Source of the DNA: Candidatus Rokuibacteriota bacterium
Lineage (GTDB): Bacteria > Methylomirabilota > Methylomirabilia > Rokubacteriales > CSP1-6
Assembly: GCA_040902295.1 (NCBI GenBank)
Contig: JBBDXO010000294.1
Location: forward strand, 3,232 to 43,096
Reading direction: 5' to 3'
DNA: 39,865 nucleotides
The notes beneath the pieces are model-generated. The model was not told the origin of the DNA, did not search any database, and saw only the letters and a list, made by a program, of their open reading frames with translations. Positions 27,019 through 36,722 of the stretch are shown one piece after another (position 1 is the stretch's first letter; each line of letters begins with the position of its first letter). A program made the translations under genes and the position numbers.

Positions 27019-27234
27019 TGTGCAATGTTAGAGACATCAGTACACTTTGGTCGCACGGAGTCGTTCATACCGCAGCGCGCGGAGGTGGCGGGGCGCGCCG
27101 CGCAGATGTTGCGGCGCGACGGTGCGCCGGCAGGACACGGTGGCGGAACCCGGGGCGGACGCGCCCGGGGTCGCCGCCGGTGCCGCGATCGGCTCGCGGC
27201 GGGCGACCGCGCGGGCGCTGACTCTGTTCGCGCC

Positions 27235-27504
27235 TCAGCGCACGATCGTGAGCTTGGAGACCTCGAGGTCGAGGCCGAGCCGCTCGAGGAGCATGCAGGC
27301 GTTCCGGCCCGGCTCCGTGGAGGCGAGGATCGGGGTGCGGCGGGCGACCTCCTTGATGCGATACGCGCAGGCGACGTTCTGCCAGGTGCGCGCCTGCTGG
27401 CGTTGTTCGTACCCCCACGCGACGGGGAGCACGATGAGACCCACGAGTGTCACGATGCCAAGCATCCTGAGCGTGGTCTGGATCTCCGAGCGAAAGATTC
27501 GCAT
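27235..27504 (-). CDS. Small single-TM hypothetical protein with two Cys
   Basis: SD GGAGG; TM segment LGIVTLVGLIVLPVAW; upstream sigma54 motif. Confidence 0.75.
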   Translation of the reverse strand: MRIFRSEIQTTLRMLGIVTLVGLIVLPVAWGYEQRQQARTWQNVACAYRIKEVARRTPILASTEPGRNACMLLERLGLDLEVSKLTIVR

Positions 27505-27528
27505 GACGACCTCCGGCGGGGATCAATA

Positions 27529-27543
27529 GCAACTCCCCTGCCA
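27529..27543 (-). promoter_or_regulatory. Sigma54 (-24/-12) promoter
   Basis: TGGCAGGGGAGTTGC matches TGGCAN-N5-TTGC, 24 nt upstream of ATG 27504. Confidence 0.7.
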
Positions 27544-27667
27544 GAGCCGGCGCCGCCTCAGGTAACGGCGGTCCCGGCGGGCGGGGCGAGCCCGCCCGCG
27601 GCGCACGAGGGGAGAATCACGGCAGACCCCGACTCAGACTGTCCAAGTTCTTTCCGTGCCGGGCGGG

Positions 27668-28366
27668 CTAGCGCTTGGTGATGCGGGCGACGAGGTCGCG
27701 GATGCGCAGCGCGTCGCCGTCGGGCAGATGCACGAAGGACAGGCCGACGCCGTCCGAGTCCAGCCGCGCGACGAGGCAGATCACCTCGATGGGCGCGCCC
27801 CCGTCCGGGGTGAAGTGGACTTTCACGGCGGCGCCCTGCATGAGGGTGGCGTCGGTGCGGGCGCGCATGCCGGTCGCGCTCATCTCGACGCACTCGCTGT
27901 CCCACACGGTGCCGCGATATTCGACGATACGCGCCGGAAAGCCGACCGCGGCGCGCGCCGAGCGCCGGCGCTCACGCGCGCCGGGCTCGGAGTCGTGGCG
28001 GCGGTTGAGCGCGTGCGGCTCGAGGAACGCGAGCACCTCGCTCAGCCGCTCGAGGGCCACCGGCTTGCCGACGAAATCGAGCGCGCCCAGGCGCAGGCAC
28101 TCGCGGGCCTGGCTCTCGGTGACGACGCCGGACACGGCAACGATAGGTAAGCCCGCCTCGCGCACGGGACGCAGCTGCAGGAAGTCGAGGCCGCTCATGC
28201 CGGGCAGGTGGATGTCGAGGATGATGGCGTCGAGCCGCTCGGCGGCCAGGGTGCCGAGGGCGGCCTCGGCGCTGCGAACGACCACCGCCTGATGGCCGAG
28301 CTCGGACAGAAAGTCGCGGAAGATGCTGCCGAGATCCTCTTCATCCTCGACGACGAGCACCCGCAT
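27668..28366 (-). CDS. Response regulator with C-terminal PilZ domain
   Basis: REC motifs (VVEDE, LDIHLPGMSG, KP) plus PilZ motifs ERRRSAR and EMSATG. Confidence 0.85.
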   Translation of the reverse strand: MRVLVVEDEEDLGSIFRDFLSELGHQAVVVRSAEAALGTLAAERLDAIILDIHLPGMSGLDFLQLRPVREAGLPIVAVSGVVTESQARECLRLGALDFVGKPVALERLSEVLAFLEPHALNRRHDSEPGARERRRSARAAVGFPARIVEYRGTVWDSECVEMSATGMRARTDATLMQGAAVKVHFTPDGGAPIEVICLVARLDSDGVGLSFVHLPDGDALRIRDLVARITKR

Positions 28367-28922
28367 GGCGACGCGAGTCTAGCACGATGCGCGGGCGGGG
28401 CTCCGGCTCGTGTCGGGGCGGAGACGCTCGACGCCGGGAGCCCGCGAAGAACGCGCTCCAGAAATGCGCGGGCGCCGGGCGCAGGTCGGTGTCGCCGAGC
28501 AGCGTCCGCGCGTCGAACCGGTGTGCGAGCCGGTAGCCGAAGCTGTAGAAGGCGACGATGGAGTGGGGCGTGAGGCGGCCATTAAAGGTGATGTCCAGCG
28601 CCAGGTGCATGAGGGCGCCCACCAGGTAGCCCCCCAGCCACGGGGAGGCGGTGATCCAGGCGAGGACGCCCAGGAGCGCGAACACCTCGTAGGAGTGCAG
28701 CACCAGCACCGTGCGCCGGACCCGACCCTCGACGTAGTAGCGCAGAAAGGCGCTCGGCCGCAGGTCCCGCGCCCCGTCGAAGAGGACGTAATCGACGGCG
28801 TGGTCGAGGTCGATGAGGAAGCCGCCCGCCGCTACCGCCGCCGCCAGGGGCCACGATCCGGTGGCGGCCACGGTGGCGGCGCAGGCAGCGGCGGTGGTGA
28901 CCAGATGTCCGCCCGGGCTCAT
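28341..28922 (-). CDS. Membrane protein, probable metal-dependent hydrolase
   Basis: MSPGGH, LIDLDH..DY, LHSYE and HLALD motifs among TM segments. Confidence 0.7.
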   Translation of the reverse strand: MSPGGHLVTTAAACAATVAATGSWPLAAAVAAGGFLIDLDHAVDYVLFDGARDLRPSAFLRYYVEGRVRRTVLVLHSYEVFALLGVLAWITASPWLGGYLVGALMHLALDITFNGRLTPHSIVAFYSFGYRLAHRFDARTLLGDTDLRPAPAHFWSAFFAGSRRRASPPRHEPEPRPRIVLDSRRHAGARRRG

Positions 28923-29072
28923 GCACGCGCTCCTGTGCGGTCCACAGGGTGTTCCGAGGCAAGGTTCGTGCCCGCCGCGCGGGCGCGTCTGCGCGGGCGT
29001 TTGCGCCCGCGGCCGTGCAGCGGAATGCCGTGATCGGCGACGGCGGTGCCGCGTCGGTGACGAAAATTCGCG

Positions 29073-29081
29073 TGCTATACT
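29073..29081 (+). promoter_or_regulatory. Extended -10 promoter of the nuo operon
   Basis: TG-C-TATACT, 35 nt upstream of the nuoA GTG; SD GAGGAG. Confidence 0.55.
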
Positions 29082-29116
29082 CACGGCTTGGGTCGATTTC
29101 TCGGGAGAGGAGCCCT

Positions 29117-29470
29117 GTGTCCGGCTACGTGCCCGTCGCGATCTTCGGCGCGCTGATCATCGGCTTCGGGGTCGTGTCGCTGGCGATGTCGGCCATGCTG
29201 CGGCCGAGCCGTCCCGACATCGTCAAGCTGATGAACTACGAGTGCGGCGCCGAGCCCATCGGCCCCACCTGGATCCAGTTCCCCGTCGGCTTCTACCTGG
29301 TGGCGCTCGTCTTCATCGTCTTCGATGCCCTCGCCGTCTTCCTCTTCCCGTGGGCCCTCGTGCTGCGGGCGGTGGGGATGCCGGCCTTCTGGGTGATGGC
29401 CGCCTTCATCGGCATCGTGGGGTTGGGCTGGCTGTACGCGTATCGCGAAGGAGTGCTGGAGTGGAAGTGA
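29117..29470 (+). CDS. nuoA: NADH-quinone oxidoreductase subunit A
   Basis: [33 protein letters not shown]. Confidence 0.95.
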   Translation: MSGYVPVAIFGALIIGFGVVSLAMSAMLRPSRPDIVKLMNYECGAEPIGPTWIQFPVGFYLVALVFIVFDALAVFLFPWALVLRAVGMPAFWVMAAFIGIVGLGWLYAYREGVLEWK

Positions 29471-30099
29471 AGCGCCCGGTGCCCGTCATTCCGGCGCCCG
29501 TCTGGACCGAGTTCAAGGACCTGCAGGAGTTCGAGAAGTACCGCCAGCACCGCGCCGACGACGACAAGACGTCGAACACGCTGGCGGCCATCGCGGACGC
29601 CATCCACCACATGCCGGGGGGCTGGATCGTCACCACCTCCACCGACAAGGTCTTCAACTGGGCGCGCAAGTCGTCCATCTGGCCCGCCACCTTCGGCCTC
29701 GCCTGCTGCGCCATCGAGATGATGGCCACCTTCGCCTCCCGCTTCGACGTGGAGCGCTTCGGCATGGTGCCGTTCGCCTCGCCGCGCCACTCGGACCTCA
29801 TGATCGTCTCCGGCACCGTGACCATCAAGATGGCCCCCATGCTCAAGCGCATCTACGACCAGATGCCGGATCCCAAGTGGGTGGTCTCGATGGGCTCGTG
29901 CGCCAACTCGGGCGGGCCCTTCCGTCACGGGTACCACGTGGTCAAGGGGGTCGATCGCGTGGTGCCGGTGGACGTGTACGTCCCGGGCTGTCCGCCCACG
30001 CCGGACTCCCTCATGTACGGCCTGCTGAAGCTCAAGGACCAGGTGTCGGAGTTCCAGAAGACCGGCACCCGCGCCGGCGTCCCCCCCGACGCCCGGTGA
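29461..30099 (+). CDS. nuoB: NADH-quinone oxidoreductase subunit B
   Basis: [29 protein letters not shown] (N2 cluster ligands). Confidence 0.95.
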   Translation: MEVKRPVPVIPAPVWTEFKDLQEFEKYRQHRADDDKTSNTLAAIADAIHHMPGGWIVTTSTDKVFNWARKSSIWPATFGLACCAIEMMATFASRFDVERFGMVPFASPRHSDLMIVSGTVTIKMAPMLKRIYDQMPDPKWVVSMGSCANSGGPFRHGYHVVKGVDRVVPVDVYVPGCPPTPDSLMYGLLKLKDQVSEFQKTGTRAGVPPDAR

Positions 30100-30554
30100 C
30101 CCCGACGAGCGCCGACGCCTCGACGCGGATCGAGGAGCGCTTCGGCGTGACGCCCGTGCGCGCCGACGGCGCCCTCGACGTCACGCTGCCCGTGGAGCGG
30201 TGGCAGGAATTCGCGCGCTTCGCCAAGCACGAGCTCGGCTGTCTCTATTTCAACTGGCTGAGCGCCGTGGACTGGAAAGAGCAGGGCTTCGAGGTGCTGT
30301 GCCGGCTCGATGATCTGCAGCACGGCGGCGCCGTCCTGATGCGGGCGCGGCTGGGCGCGGGCGCCTCGCGCATCGCGACGCTGACGGGCGAGTACCGCGG
30401 CGCCGACTGGTCGGAGCGCGAGTGCTACGACATGTTCGGCATCGTCTTCGAGGGCCATCCCGACCTGCGCCGGATCCTGCTCGGCCAGGACTGGGAGGGC
30501 CATCCCCTCCGCAAGGATTACGCCGTCGACACGCCCCACGCGCCATACCGCTAG
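30096..30554 (+). CDS. nuoC: NADH-quinone oxidoreductase subunit C
   Basis: [23 protein letters not shown]...GHPLRKDY. Confidence 0.95.
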   Translation: MTPTSADASTRIEERFGVTPVRADGALDVTLPVERWQEFARFAKHELGCLYFNWLSAVDWKEQGFEVLCRLDDLQHGGAVLMRARLGAGASRIATLTGEYRGADWSERECYDMFGIVFEGHPDLRRILLGQDWEGHPLRKDYAVDTPHAPYR

Positions 30555-30567
30555 ACAGGAGCCTGCG

Positions 30568-31203
30568 ATGATCTACGAGCTGAGGACGTACACGCTGCTG
30601 CCGGGCAAGCAGGGGGAGTACCTGAGGTTGTCCGCCGAGGTGGGGCGCAAGGCGCGGGGCGACAAGTACGGCACGCTGGAGGGCTTCTGGTCCACGGAGT
30701 TCGGCACCCTCAACCAGGTCGTGCACCTGTGGCAGTTCTCCGACCTCGTCGAGCGCGAGCGCCTGCGCGCCGACCTCGCGAAGAACGAGGAGTGGACGCG
30801 CAGCTACGTGCCGCAGATCCGGCCCCTGCTGGTGGCGCAGGAGAACAAGATCCTCTCCGCCGCCGTGCCCCTCACGCCGCCCGCGGACACCGGCAACGTG
30901 TACGAGCTGCGCTGGTACCGCACCCACGTGGGCCGGAGCGGGGAGTGGATGAGCCTCTTCAAGGACATCCTGCCCGTGCGCGGGCAGTTCATGCGGCGGG
31001 TCGGCGTGTGGACGACGGAGATCGCGCAGCTCAACGAGGTCGTGCACATGTGGGTCTTCAAGGACCTCAACGACCGCGCCGCCTCGCGCGCCACGCTCGG
31101 GCAGAACGCGGAGTGGCAGGCCTTCCTCGCCAGGTCGACGGCGCTGCTCGCCCACATGCAGTCCACCGTCCTCCTTCCCGCGCCCCACTCGCCGATGAAA
31201 TAG
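30568..31203 (+). CDS. Tandem NIPSNAP domain protein
   Basis: Two repeats: IYELRTY...G.LNQVVHLW and VYELRWY...LNEVVHMW, ending P.PHSPMK; own SD AGGAG. Confidence 0.9.
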   Translation: MIYELRTYTLLPGKQGEYLRLSAEVGRKARGDKYGTLEGFWSTEFGTLNQVVHLWQFSDLVERERLRADLAKNEEWTRSYVPQIRPLLVAQENKILSAAVPLTPPADTGNVYELRWYRTHVGRSGEWMSLFKDILPVRGQFMRRVGVWTTEIAQLNEVVHMWVFKDLNDRAASRATLGQNAEWQAFLARSTALLAHMQSTVLLPAPHSPMK

Positions 31204-31206
31204 CCC

Positions 31207-32370
31207 ATGAGCGATCCCGAAGCGCGCAAGGTCATCGAGATGGGCTACGGGGGCAACGAGCGCCTCACCATGAACATGGGGCCGCAGCACCCGTCCGCCC
31301 ACGGTGTCTTCCGCGCCATCCTCACCCTCGAGGGCGAGACGGTGGTGGCGGTGGACTCGGTGATCGGCTATCTCCACCGCTGCCACGAGAAGCTCGGCGA
31401 GACGCTCACGTACGTGCAGTACCCGACCATCGCCTCCAAGACGGACTACGTGGCGGCCATGACGGCGGAGCTGGCGTACGTGTCGGCGGTGGAGAAGGTG
31501 GGAAAGTTCGAGGTGCCCCGCCGCGCGCAATACCTGCGCGTGATGGCGGCCGAGCTGCAGCGCATCGCCTCCCACTGCCTGTGGCTGGGCACCTGGTGCC
31601 TGGACATGGGCGGCGCCCTCGGCGGCGGCGCCACCATCTTCCTGTACTGCATCCGCGAGCGCGAGCTCGTCCTCGACCTCTTCGAGTCGCTCACGGGCGC
31701 GCGCCTGCTCTACGGCTTCCACCAGATCGGCGGCACGCGCTACGACATCCCGGCGGGCTGGGCGCAGCGGTGCCGCGACACCGTCACCCTCATCGACGAG
31801 CGCGTGGACGAGTACGAGGCGATGCTGGAGGACAACGCGTTCTTCCTCGCCCGTACGCAGGGCGTGGGCGTCGTCTCCGCCGCGCTGGCGCAGGACGTCG
31901 GCCTCTCCGGCCCCCTCATCCGGGGCTCGGGCATCGACTACGACCTGCGCAAGCGCGCGCCCTACTCGTCCTATGAAGACTTCGACTTCAAGGTGCCGGT
32001 GGAGACGGCGGGGGACTGCTTTGCGCGCTACCGCGTCCGGATGGTGGAGTTCCGCGAGTCGATCAAGATCGTGCGCCAGGTTCTCGACGGGCTGCCGGAA
32101 GGGCCCATCTCCTCGCGGCCCGGCGTGAAATCGGTGGGGCAGGTGCGCGTGCCGAAGGGCGAGGGCTACACGGCGGTGGAGGGCGCGCGGGGCGAGATCG
32201 GCTGCTACATCGTCGCCGACGGCGGTCCCAAGCCCTACCGGCTGAAGTGGCGCGGCGCCTCCTTCTCGAACCTGTCGATCCTTCCCCACATCATCCCCGG
32301 CCACAAGGTGGCCGACGTGGTGGCCATCATGGGGTCGGTGGATCCGGTCTTCGGCGAGGTGGATCGATAG
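31207..32370 (+). CDS. nuoD: NADH-quinone oxidoreductase subunit D
   Basis: NMGPQHPSAHG, GYLHR, ELQRIASH, EGARGE, DPVFGEVDR. No NiFe CxxC motifs. Confidence 0.95.
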   Translation: MSDPEARKVIEMGYGGNERLTMNMGPQHPSAHGVFRAILTLEGETVVAVDSVIGYLHRCHEKLGETLTYVQYPTIASKTDYVAAMTAELAYVSAVEKVGKFEVPRRAQYLRVMAAELQRIASHCLWLGTWCLDMGGALGGGATIFLYCIRERELVLDLFESLTGARLLYGFHQIGGTRYDIPAGWAQRCRDTVTLIDERVDEYEAMLEDNAFFLARTQGVGVVSAALAQDVGLSGPLIRGSGIDYDLRKRAPYSSYEDFDFKVPVETAGDCFARYRVRMVEFRESIKIVRQVLDGLPEGPISSRPGVKSVGQVRVPKGEGYTAVEGARGEIGCYIVADGGPKPYRLKWRGASFSNLSILPHIIPGHKVADVVAIMGSVDPVFGEVDR

Positions 32371-32372
32371 CC

Positions 32373-33353
32373 GTGGCCGATCTGGCCTACCACGTCATGG
32401 TGGGGTTCATCGTCCTCAACGCCGTCATCGTCATGGTGACCTACGTCACGCTGCTGGAGCGGAAGTTCGCCGCGCGCATGCAGTCGCGGATCGGGCCCTA
32501 CGACGTGGGGCCGCACGGCCTGCTGCAGCCGATCGCCGACGCCATCAAGCTCATGCTGAAGGAAGACATCGTGCCCACGCTGGCGGACCGGCACGTGTAC
32601 AACCTGGCGCCCATCGTCTTCCTCGTCCCCTGCGTGCTGATCTTCGCCACGCTGCCCTTCGCGCCCGGCCTCGGCGTGGCCGATCTCAACATCGGCGTCC
32701 TCTTCTTCCTCGCCGTGTCGTCGCTCGAGATCGTCGGACTGTTCATGGCGGGATGGGGGTCGAACAACAAGTACGCCCTGCTGTCGGCCATGCGGGCGGT
32801 GAACCAGATCATCTCCTACGACCTGCCCTTCATCTTCGCCGCCCTCGTGCCGGTCATCCTCACGGGCTCCATGCAGATGTCCGCCATCGTGACCGCCCAG
32901 GAAGGGCTGTGGTTCGTGGCGTACCCGGTCATCGGGCAGCTCGCCTTCCTCGCCTATCTGGTGTCGACGCTGGCGGCGGAGAATCGCGTGCCCTTCGACA
33001 TCCTCGAGGCGGAGTCGGAGCTGGTGGCGGGCTTCCGCGTGGAGTACAGCGGCATGAAGTTCGCCCTCATCCAGCTCGGCGAGTACGCTCACATCATCGG
33101 CACCTCGTTCCTCGGCGCCCTCCTCTTCCTCGGCGGCTGGCTCGGGCCCGGGCCCGCGTGGCTGGGGCCGGTCTGGTTTCTGCTCAAGGCCATGGCGATC
33201 TTCCTCGTGCTCACGTGGGTGCGGTGGAGCTTCGTGCGCATCCGCGTGGACCAGATCCTCGCCATCTCCTGGAAGCTGCTGCTGCCCGCCACCATCGTCC
33301 TCCTCCTCGCCACCGCGCTGTGGGTGGCCACCAGGGGTCCCGGTGCGGTCTGA
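32373..33353 (+). CDS. nuoH: NADH-quinone oxidoreductase subunit H
   Basis: ERKFAARMQSRIGP, GLLQPIADAIKL..KE, R.PFDILEAESELVAGF.VEYSG. Confidence 0.96.
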   Translation: MADLAYHVMVGFIVLNAVIVMVTYVTLLERKFAARMQSRIGPYDVGPHGLLQPIADAIKLMLKEDIVPTLADRHVYNLAPIVFLVPCVLIFATLPFAPGLGVADLNIGVLFFLAVSSLEIVGLFMAGWGSNNKYALLSAMRAVNQIISYDLPFIFAALVPVILTGSMQMSAIVTAQEGLWFVAYPVIGQLAFLAYLVSTLAAENRVPFDILEAESELVAGFRVEYSGMKFALIQLGEYAHIIGTSFLGALLFLGGWLGPGPAWLGPVWFLLKAMAIFLVLTWVRWSFVRIRVDQILAISWKLLLPATIVLLLATALWVATRGPGAV

Positions 33354-33918
33354 CGGCCGGTCGTTCCTCGGGGAGACCGTGCAGCTCGTGCGCGCGGTCG
33401 GCCGCGCCATGGGGATGACCCTCAGGAACTTCATCCGCAAGCCGGTCACGGTGAACTACCCGACGGTGAAGCGCCTCTATCCCGACCGCTTCCGCGGGCT
33501 GCTCGCGCTCACCTACGATCCGCAGACGGGCGAGGAGAACTGCATCGGCTGCCGGCTCTGCGAGTTCATCTGCCCGCCCCAGGTCATCAAGGTGGAGATG
33601 CTGAAGGCGGAGAAGCGCAACTGGGCCAGGACGTTCACGCTCGAGCTGTACGCGTGCGAGTTCTGCGAGCTGTGCGTGCAGGTGTGCCCGACGGACGCCA
33701 TCATCATGATGAAATCGTTCGACCTCGCCACCGCCGACCGGCGCACGCTCCTGCTCGACAAGGACCGCCTGCACGCCCTCGGCCTGGACTTCGATCCCTC
33801 GTGGGCGACGGGCAACAGGCTGCGCGACATGCAGGCGCCGCCCAAGCCCGCCAAGGCGGACGTCAAGCCGGGCGCGCCCGCGGCACCGGCGCCGGCGTCC
33901 ACGGAGGCCGCGGAATGA
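33343..33918 (+). CDS. nuoI: NADH-quinone oxidoreductase subunit I
   Basis: CIGCRLCEFICP and CEFCELCVQVCP (2x[4Fe-4S]). Confidence 0.95.
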   Translation: MRSDGRSFLGETVQLVRAVGRAMGMTLRNFIRKPVTVNYPTVKRLYPDRFRGLLALTYDPQTGEENCIGCRLCEFICPPQVIKVEMLKAEKRNWARTFTLELYACEFCELCVQVCPTDAIIMMKSFDLATADRRTLLLDKDRLHALGLDFDPSWATGNRLRDMQAPPKPAKADVKPGAPAAPAPASTEAAE

Positions 33919-34409
33919 CGGCCGAGGTGCTGGGCTTCTGGGTCATGGCGGTGGTGCTCGTCGGCGCCAGCCTCGGCGTGGTCCTGACGCCGAACCTCTT
34001 CCACGCGGTCCTCTACCTGGCGGCCGCGCTCGTGGCGACGGGCGGCGTCTTCCTGCTGCTGCAGGCGGCCTTTCTCTTCGGCGTGCAGCTGCTGCTGTAC
34101 GCGGGGGGCGTGGTGACCATCGTCGTCTTCGCCATCATGCTCACGGAGCGGCTGGTGGGGCAGAGCATCGTGCAGACCAGCCGCCATATCGTCAACGGCG
34201 CCGTGCTCGCGGTGGCCGTCTTCGTGGGGATCGCCGGCTTCCTGGTGGGCGGGGAGCCGGCGGCGCCGCGGCCGCCGTGGAGCGGCGACGCCACCGTGGA
34301 CATCGGCCGCGCCCTCGTCGGCCCCTACGCGGTCCCCTTCGAGCTGCTGGGCGTGCTGCTCGTGGTCGCCCTCCTCGGCGCGCTGTACTTCGCGAGAACC
34401 GAAGACTAG
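33915..34409 (+). CDS. nuoJ: NADH-quinone oxidoreductase subunit J
   Basis: QLLLYAGGV..FAIML, PFELLGVLL. Confidence 0.93.
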   Translation: MTAEVLGFWVMAVVLVGASLGVVLTPNLFHAVLYLAAALVATGGVFLLLQAAFLFGVQLLLYAGGVVTIVVFAIMLTERLVGQSIVQTSRHIVNGAVLAVAVFVGIAGFLVGGEPAAPRPPWSGDATVDIGRALVGPYAVPFELLGVLLVVALLGALYFARTED

Positions 34410-34708
34410 TGCCGCTGCGCGCCTACCTGCTGCTGGCGGCCGTCGTGTTCGCCCTCGGCCTCTACGGCGTGCTCACGCGCCGGAACGGCGTCGGCATCCT
34501 GCTCGGAATCGAGCTCATGCTCAACGCCGTGAACATCAACCTCGTGGCCTTCTCGCGGTTCCACGGCGACGTGGCGGGGATGCTCTTCGCGCTCTTCACG
34601 ATCGCCATCACGGTGGCCGAGGTGGCCGTCGGCCTCGCCATCATCATCGTGATCTTCCGGGTGCGCAAGACGATCGAGGCCGACCACCTCGATCTGCTGC
34701 GAGGCTGA
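34409..34708 (+). CDS. nuoK: NADH-quinone oxidoreductase subunit K
   Basis: RRN...GIELMLNAVNINLVAFS...AEVAVGLA. Confidence 0.95.
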   Translation: MPLRAYLLLAAVVFALGLYGVLTRRNGVGILLGIELMLNAVNINLVAFSRFHGDVAGMLFALFTIAITVAEVAVGLAIIIVIFRVRKTIEADHLDLLRG

Positions 34709-34712
34709 CGGG

Positions 34713-36566
34713 ATGCGGATCGGCTCGCCCGCCCTCGCGCTCCTCGTGCTCGCGCTGCCCTTCGCCTCCTTCGTGCTCATCGCCCTCGTGCGGCCGCTGC
34801 GGCGCGCGGGCCGCGCGGCCGGCTTCGTCAGCATCGGCTGCATGGCGGCGGCGCTCGCGGCCTCCTTCGCCGTGTGGACGCGCGGGATGATCGTGGACGG
34901 CGGCCACAACCCGTCGCGGACGTGGGGCTGGCTGCCCGGCGACGGCGGGCCCATGGCCACGGTGGGCGTCATGGTCGACGGCCTGTCGATGATGATGCTG
35001 ATGCTGGTCACGCTGGTGTCGCTGCTCGTGCAGCTCTACTCGCTCGACTACCTGCACGACGAGCCGCCGCCGTCGCTCGGCCGCTACTACGCCTACCACT
35101 CGCTGTTCGCCTTCTCCATGCTCGGCCTCGTGCTGTCGCCCGGGTTCTTGCAGATGTTCATGTTCTGGGAGCTGGTGGGCCTCTGCTCCTACCTGCTCAT
35201 CGGCTTCTGGTACGACAAGCCCTCGGCGGCGCGCGCGGCGGTGAAGGCGTTCTGGATCACCAAGCTCGGGGATCTCGGCTTCGTGGCCGGCATCGTGATG
35301 CTGTGGGTGCAGACGGGGACCTTCGACTTCTTCGAGCTCTTCCAGATGGCGAACTCGGGGGCGCCGGCGGCGGCCGGGTTCAGCGTCATCATGTTCCTCA
35401 TCTACCTCGGCGCCGTCGGCAAGTCGGCGCAGTTCCCGCTGCACGTGTGGCTGCCGGATGCCATGGAAGGGCCCACGCCGGTGTCCGCGCTCATCCACGC
35501 CGCCACCATGGTGACGGCGGGCGTCTTCATGGTCACGCGCGCCTTCCCGCTCTTCGCCCTCGTGCCGGACCTGCTCACCCTCATCGCGTACGTGGGCGCC
35601 TTCACCGCGCTCCTCGCGGCCACCATGGCGTGCGTGGAGAGCGACATCAAGCGCGTGCTCGCCTACTCCACGGTCTCGCAGCTCGGCTTCATGATGGCGG
35701 CGGCGGGGGCGGGCGTGCCCGAGGCGAGCTTCCGGCACCTCATCGCGCACGGCGTGTTCAAGGCGCTCCTCTTCCTCGGCGCGGGCGTGGTCATCCACCT
35801 CGTCCACACCAACGACATGTGGCGGATGGGCGGCCTCTTCCGGCGCTTTCCGTGGGTGGGCGCGCCCTTCCTGATCGCCACCCTCGCCCTCGCGGGCGTG
35901 TGGCCGCTGCCCGGCTTCTTCACGAAGGAAGCCATCCTGGCCGGCGTCCTTGCCGAAGGGCTGACGGTGCCCTTCGCGATGCTGGCGCTCGGCGCCTTCC
36001 TCACCGCCTTCTACATGGCGCGCGCCGTGTTCCTCGTCTTCTTCGGCCACCCCCACGCCGCCGCCGCGCATGACGACCACGGGCATCCCGTCCCCTTCCT
36101 GATGGACGCGGTATGCCGCGCGCTGGCGGTCCTCACGGTGGCGCTGGGCCTGAGCCACGCGCTGTCCGCGCACCACGACGCGGCGCCGGGATGGCTGCCG
36201 TGGTTCTCCCTGGCGCTCGCCTTCGGCGGCATCGCGCTGGCGTGGGCCGTGTACCAGCGCCGGGCCGTCGATCCCGCGCGGCTGTCCGCCGCCCTCGGCC
36301 CCCTCGACTTCATGGCGCGGCGCCGGTACGGCCTCGACGCCCTCTACGCCGGCGTGTACCGCGGCCTCCTCCTGGGATTCTCGCGCCTGGTGGGATGGAT
36401 CGACCGCTACCTCGTGGACGGCCTCCTCAACGTCTTCAGCGCGTGGACGCTGCGGGCGGGGGATGCCGCGCGCATGGTGCAGACGGGCCAGCCCCAGGAT
36501 TACGTCTACGGCGTCACCGTCGGCGTGCTCGTGCTCATGATCTGCGCGCAATGGCTGTGGCAATGA
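34713..36566 (+). CDS. nuoL: NADH-quinone oxidoreductase subunit L
   Basis: WELVGLCSYLLIGFW, GKSAQFPLHVWLPDAMEGPTPVSALIHAATMV. Confidence 0.96.
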   Translation: MRIGSPALALLVLALPFASFVLIALVRPLRRAGRAAGFVSIGCMAAALAASFAVWTRGMIVDGGHNPSRTWGWLPGDGGPMATVGVMVDGLSMMMLMLVTLVSLLVQLYSLDYLHDEPPPSLGRYYAYHSLFAFSMLGLVLSPGFLQMFMFWELVGLCSYLLIGFWYDKPSAARAAVKAFWITKLGDLGFVAGIVMLWVQTGTFDFFELFQMANSGAPAAAGFSVIMFLIYLGAVGKSAQFPLHVWLPDAMEGPTPVSALIHAATMVTAGVFMVTRAFPLFALVPDLLTLIAYVGAFTALLAATMACVESDIKRVLAYSTVSQLGFMMAAAGAGVPEASFRHLIAHGVFKALLFLGAGVVIHLVHTNDMWRMGGLFRRFPWVGAPFLIATLALAGVWPLPGFFTKEAILAGVLAEGLTVPFAMLALGAFLTAFYMARAVFLVFFGHPHAAAAHDDHGHPVPFLMDAVCRALAVLTVALGLSHALSAHHDAAPGWLPWFSLALAFGGIALAWAVYQRRAVDPARLSAALGPLDFMARRRYGLDALYAGVYRGLLLGFSRLVGWIDRYLVDGLLNVFSAWTLRAGDAARMVQTGQPQDYVYGVTVGVLVLMICAQWLWQ

Positions 36567-36568
36567 GG

Positions 36569-36691
36569 CGGAGCCGACGATAATGGCGCATCTGCTTCGT
36601 TGGCTCGTCGTTCGTCGCTGCGGCGTACGCGGCGTACGCCTCACTCCTCTCTTCCTCGCCGCCTCGCATCTGCACCATTCTCGTCGCTCCG
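36569..36691. repeat. Palindromic REP/MITE-like element between nuoL and nuoM
   Basis: Imperfect terminal inverted repeats of about 26 bp: CGGAGCCGACGATAATGGCGCATCTGC versus the reverse complement of the right end, CGGAGCGACGAGAATGGTGCAGATGC. Central palindrome GGCGTAC-GCGGC-GTACGCC. Confidence 0.7.
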
Positions 36692-36722
36692 GCGACCGGT
36701 GTTCAAACCCCGGAGCGACGGC

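Noticed and set aside
25921-27060. Integrative element or prophage at the tRNAs
   Set aside because: No integrase, and no duplicated tRNA 3' end (att site) noticed in the window.
31207-32370. Group 4 [NiFe]-hydrogenase large subunit
   Set aside because: Lacks both CxxC nickel-binding motifs; has NuoD quinone-site His/Tyr residues and the GEVDR terminus.
36600-36722. 41-aa N-terminal extension of NuoM from TTG 36600
   Set aside because: It is derived from the palindromic element; ATG 36723 has an SD and gives a normal NuoM N-terminus.
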